Source: an uncultured Gemmatimonadaceae bacterium
GTDB taxonomy: Bacteria > Gemmatimonadota > Gemmatimonadetes > Gemmatimonadales > Gemmatimonadaceae
Direction of reading: 5' to 3'
NCBI GenBank assembly: GCA_963790305.1
Contig: CAWBOC010000009.1
Coordinates: 1 to 64,000, forward strand
Length of the DNA: 64,000 nucleotides
The notes below the pieces were generated by a model, which did no database searches, was not told the DNA's origin, and was given only the letters and a program-made list of their open reading frames with translations. Below, piece by piece: positions 62,272 to 64,000 of the stretch. Every line of letters begins with the position of its first letter. Within the stretch, counting starts at the first letter, position 1. The translations under genes and the position numbers were made by a program.

Positions 62272-64000
62272 CTAGCTCACTCTTTTCAGGGCGACGCGCA
62301 CATGGAGCCCATCGAGCTCCAGTGACTGCGTCACGTTGACGGTAGTCGGGAAGGTCTCGCCCACACTCAATTCGCGGGCCAGAACCTCGGCGGAAATATA
62401 GTCGGTGAACTCGCGCGCGGTGGCCTCGAGTTCCGGGTCGCCCGCGACGTAGACGACGATCCGGTCGCTCACCGCGAAACCTGCCTCCTTGCGCATTCGC
62501 TGGATCTTGCTCACCAGCTCCCGGGCGAACCCCTCGCGGCGGAGCGCCGGCGTCACGCTGGGGTCGATCGCGGCGAAGAAGCCGCCGGCCTCCTTCACGA
62601 CGAGGGTTCCCGACGCTCGCCGCACGACCGTCAGATCTTCAGCGGTCAAATGGTGCGATTGGCCGTTCACCGAGATCGCGACGGGCTCACCGCGCTCGAA
62701 CGCCGCCAGGGCATCGGGGGTCAGGGACGCGACCGCTTGCGCCGCCAGCGGCGTCGCCTTGCCGAATCGCTTGCCCAGGGACCGAAAGTTGGGCTTCGCC
62801 TCGAGTCGGACGAGCGCATCGCCGGTATCCGCGAACTCGACCCGCTTTACGTTGAGCTCCGCCGCCAGGAGCGGCACTAGCTCTGGCAGCGACTTCGACG
62901 CCCCCTGCGGAACCACGCACACCATCCGGCTGAGCGGCTGGCGTACCTTGACGTCAGCCTCCTCGCGGGCCGCGCGCGCGAGCGTCGCTAGCGTTCTCAC
63001 CTGTGTCATCGCCCGCTCGAGGTCCGGCTCCGCATGCACGTTACGCGCGTCGCCGCCGTCGTCGTGCCGCGTGTACGGCGCGGTGTGCACCGTAGTCCCC
63101 GTGAGCTCGCGATGCATCCAGTCGGTCGCGAATGGCGCGAATGGCGCCAGGAGGCGGCAGGTCACGACGAGGATTTCGTGCAGCGTCGCGAACGCCGCTC
63201 GGCTGTCCGGCGTGTCCACGTCGTAGAAGCGGGACCGATTGAGCCGCACGTACCAGTTCGAGACGTCGTCGACCACAAAGTCCATGACCGTCCGCGCCGC
63301 GAGCGTCGCATCGTAGGCTTCGAGCTGCGCGTCGGCCCGGCGCTCGACGCTCGTAAGGCGCGACAGCACCCAGCGATCGATCAGCGGTCGCTCCGCGAGC
63401 GGCGGGTCCGACTCACCCGGTGACCACCCGAAGTTCGCGTACTGGGCGAAAATGCCGCTGGTACACGTTCTTGAGCGTGAGCAGAAACCGGCCGGCGAGC
63501 TCGCGAATGCCGGACTCATCGAACCTCCGCGGGAGCCAGACCTGGCTCGATGCCACGAGAAAAAGGCGCACGGCATCGGCGCCATGGCCTGGAATGACCT
63601 CCCAGGGATCGACGACGTTCCCGCGACTCTTGGACATCTTGAGCCCTTCCGCATCGAGCACGAGATCGTTGACGACCACGGCGCGATACGGGGCTGTATC
63701 GAACGGCGCTCGCCCCCCTGCCCCCTGACTCCTGACTCCTGACTCCTGGTTGTTCGGCAACGCATCGCCCAACCCGGTCGCGATTGCGAGCAGCGAGTAG
63801 AACCATCCTCGCGTCTGATCCACGCCCTCGGCGATGAAGTCCGCGGGGTACTGCGAGGGCAAAATGTCCTGGTTCTCGAAGGGGTAATGCCATTGAGCAA
63901 ACGACATGGACCCCGAGTCGAACCACGTGTCGATGACCTGTGGCACGCGCCGCATCGACCCCTGGCACTTCTCGCATGGCCACTCATACCGGTCGATGAA
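62272..64000 (-). CDS. ileS: Isoleucine--tRNA ligase (type 2-like), 5'-partial, frameshift near 63460
   Basis: 'DTWFDSG', 'EGVDQTRGWFY', 'KMSKS', 'SNWYVR', 'KVRQPL', 'EGFARELV..IQRMRK'; no C-terminal Cys zinc finger. Confidence 0.95.
   Translation of the reverse strand, partial: SSTGMSGHARSARGRCGACHRSSTRGSTRGPCRLLNGITPSRTRTFCPRSTPRTSSPRAWIRREDGSTRCSQSRPGWAMRCRTTRSQESGVRGQGGERRSIQPRIAPWSSTISCSMRKGSRCPRVAGTSSIPGRSFQAMAPMPCAFFSWHRARSGSRGGSMSPAFASSPAGFCSRSRTCTSGIFAQYANFGWSPGESDPPLAERPLIDRWVLSRLTSVERRADAQLEAYDATLAARTVMDFVVDDVSNWYVRLNRSRFYDVDTPDSRAAFATLHEILVVTCRLLAPFAPFATDWMHRELTGTTVHTAPYTRHDDGGDARNVHAEPDLERAMTQVRTLATLARAAREEADVKVRQPLSRMVCVVPQGASKSLPELVPLLAAELNVKRVEFADTGDALVRLEAKPNFRSLGKRFGKATPLAAQAVASLTPDALAAFERGEPVAISVNGQSHHLTAEDLTVVRRASGTLVVKEAGGFFAAIDPSVTPALRREGFARELVSKIQRMRKEAGFAVSDRIVVYVAGDPELEATAREFTDYISAEVLARELSVGETFPTTVNVTQSLELDGLHVRVALKRVS
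63725..63748. repeat. (CTGACTC)x3 heptamer tandem inside ileS
   Basis: Same unit as the 58850-58975 hairpin; encodes 'QESGVRSQ'. Confidence 0.85.

Noticed and set aside
1..64000. Many frameshifted genes as pseudogenes or programmed frameshifts
   Set aside because: Indels hit essential genes (ftsZ, ftsA, ileS, asnS, ftsI) at scattered positions with motifs intact; this is typical of uncorrected long-read error

Overview
The window looks like a composite, error-rich (indel-heavy) sequence. 1-~5136 is a very GC-rich, Streptomyces-like block: acyl-CoA ligase, EF-hand Ca-binding protein, STAS protein, ECF sigma, zinc-finger anti-sigma and a 5'-truncated purU. ~5137-5595 holds two unrelated gene fragments. 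From ~5596 to 64000 it is one coherent genome segment whose gene order and protein style suggest Gemmatimonadota (inference). That segment carries cdd-deoB-alr, mazG, asnS, an orphan sensor kinase, recG, ftsY, a dcw cluster (rsmH to ftsZ plus an M23 peptidase, without mraZ/murB/ddl) and tRNA-Val. It ends in a ~23 kb co-directional run: ileS-dksA-lspA-lspA-rluD-cheW-cheY-cheA-cheC-TPR-DUF4388/TPR-TPR/roadblock-roadblock-mglB-mglA-tandem DnaA-like ATPase-DUF4388/TPR-cheR-cheD-cheB-cheW-cheW-TPR-zinc peptidase. The best candidate for an undescribed system is this receptor-less chemosensory operon. It encloses an MglA/roadblock polarity module and a protein made of two DnaA-type AAA+ domains with no DNA-binding domain. 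A second signal is a dispersed family of palindromes built from 7- or 9-bp tandem units, several inserted in frame in protein linkers. All calls come from reading motifs by eye; no database search was run, and boundaries of frameshifted genes are approximate.
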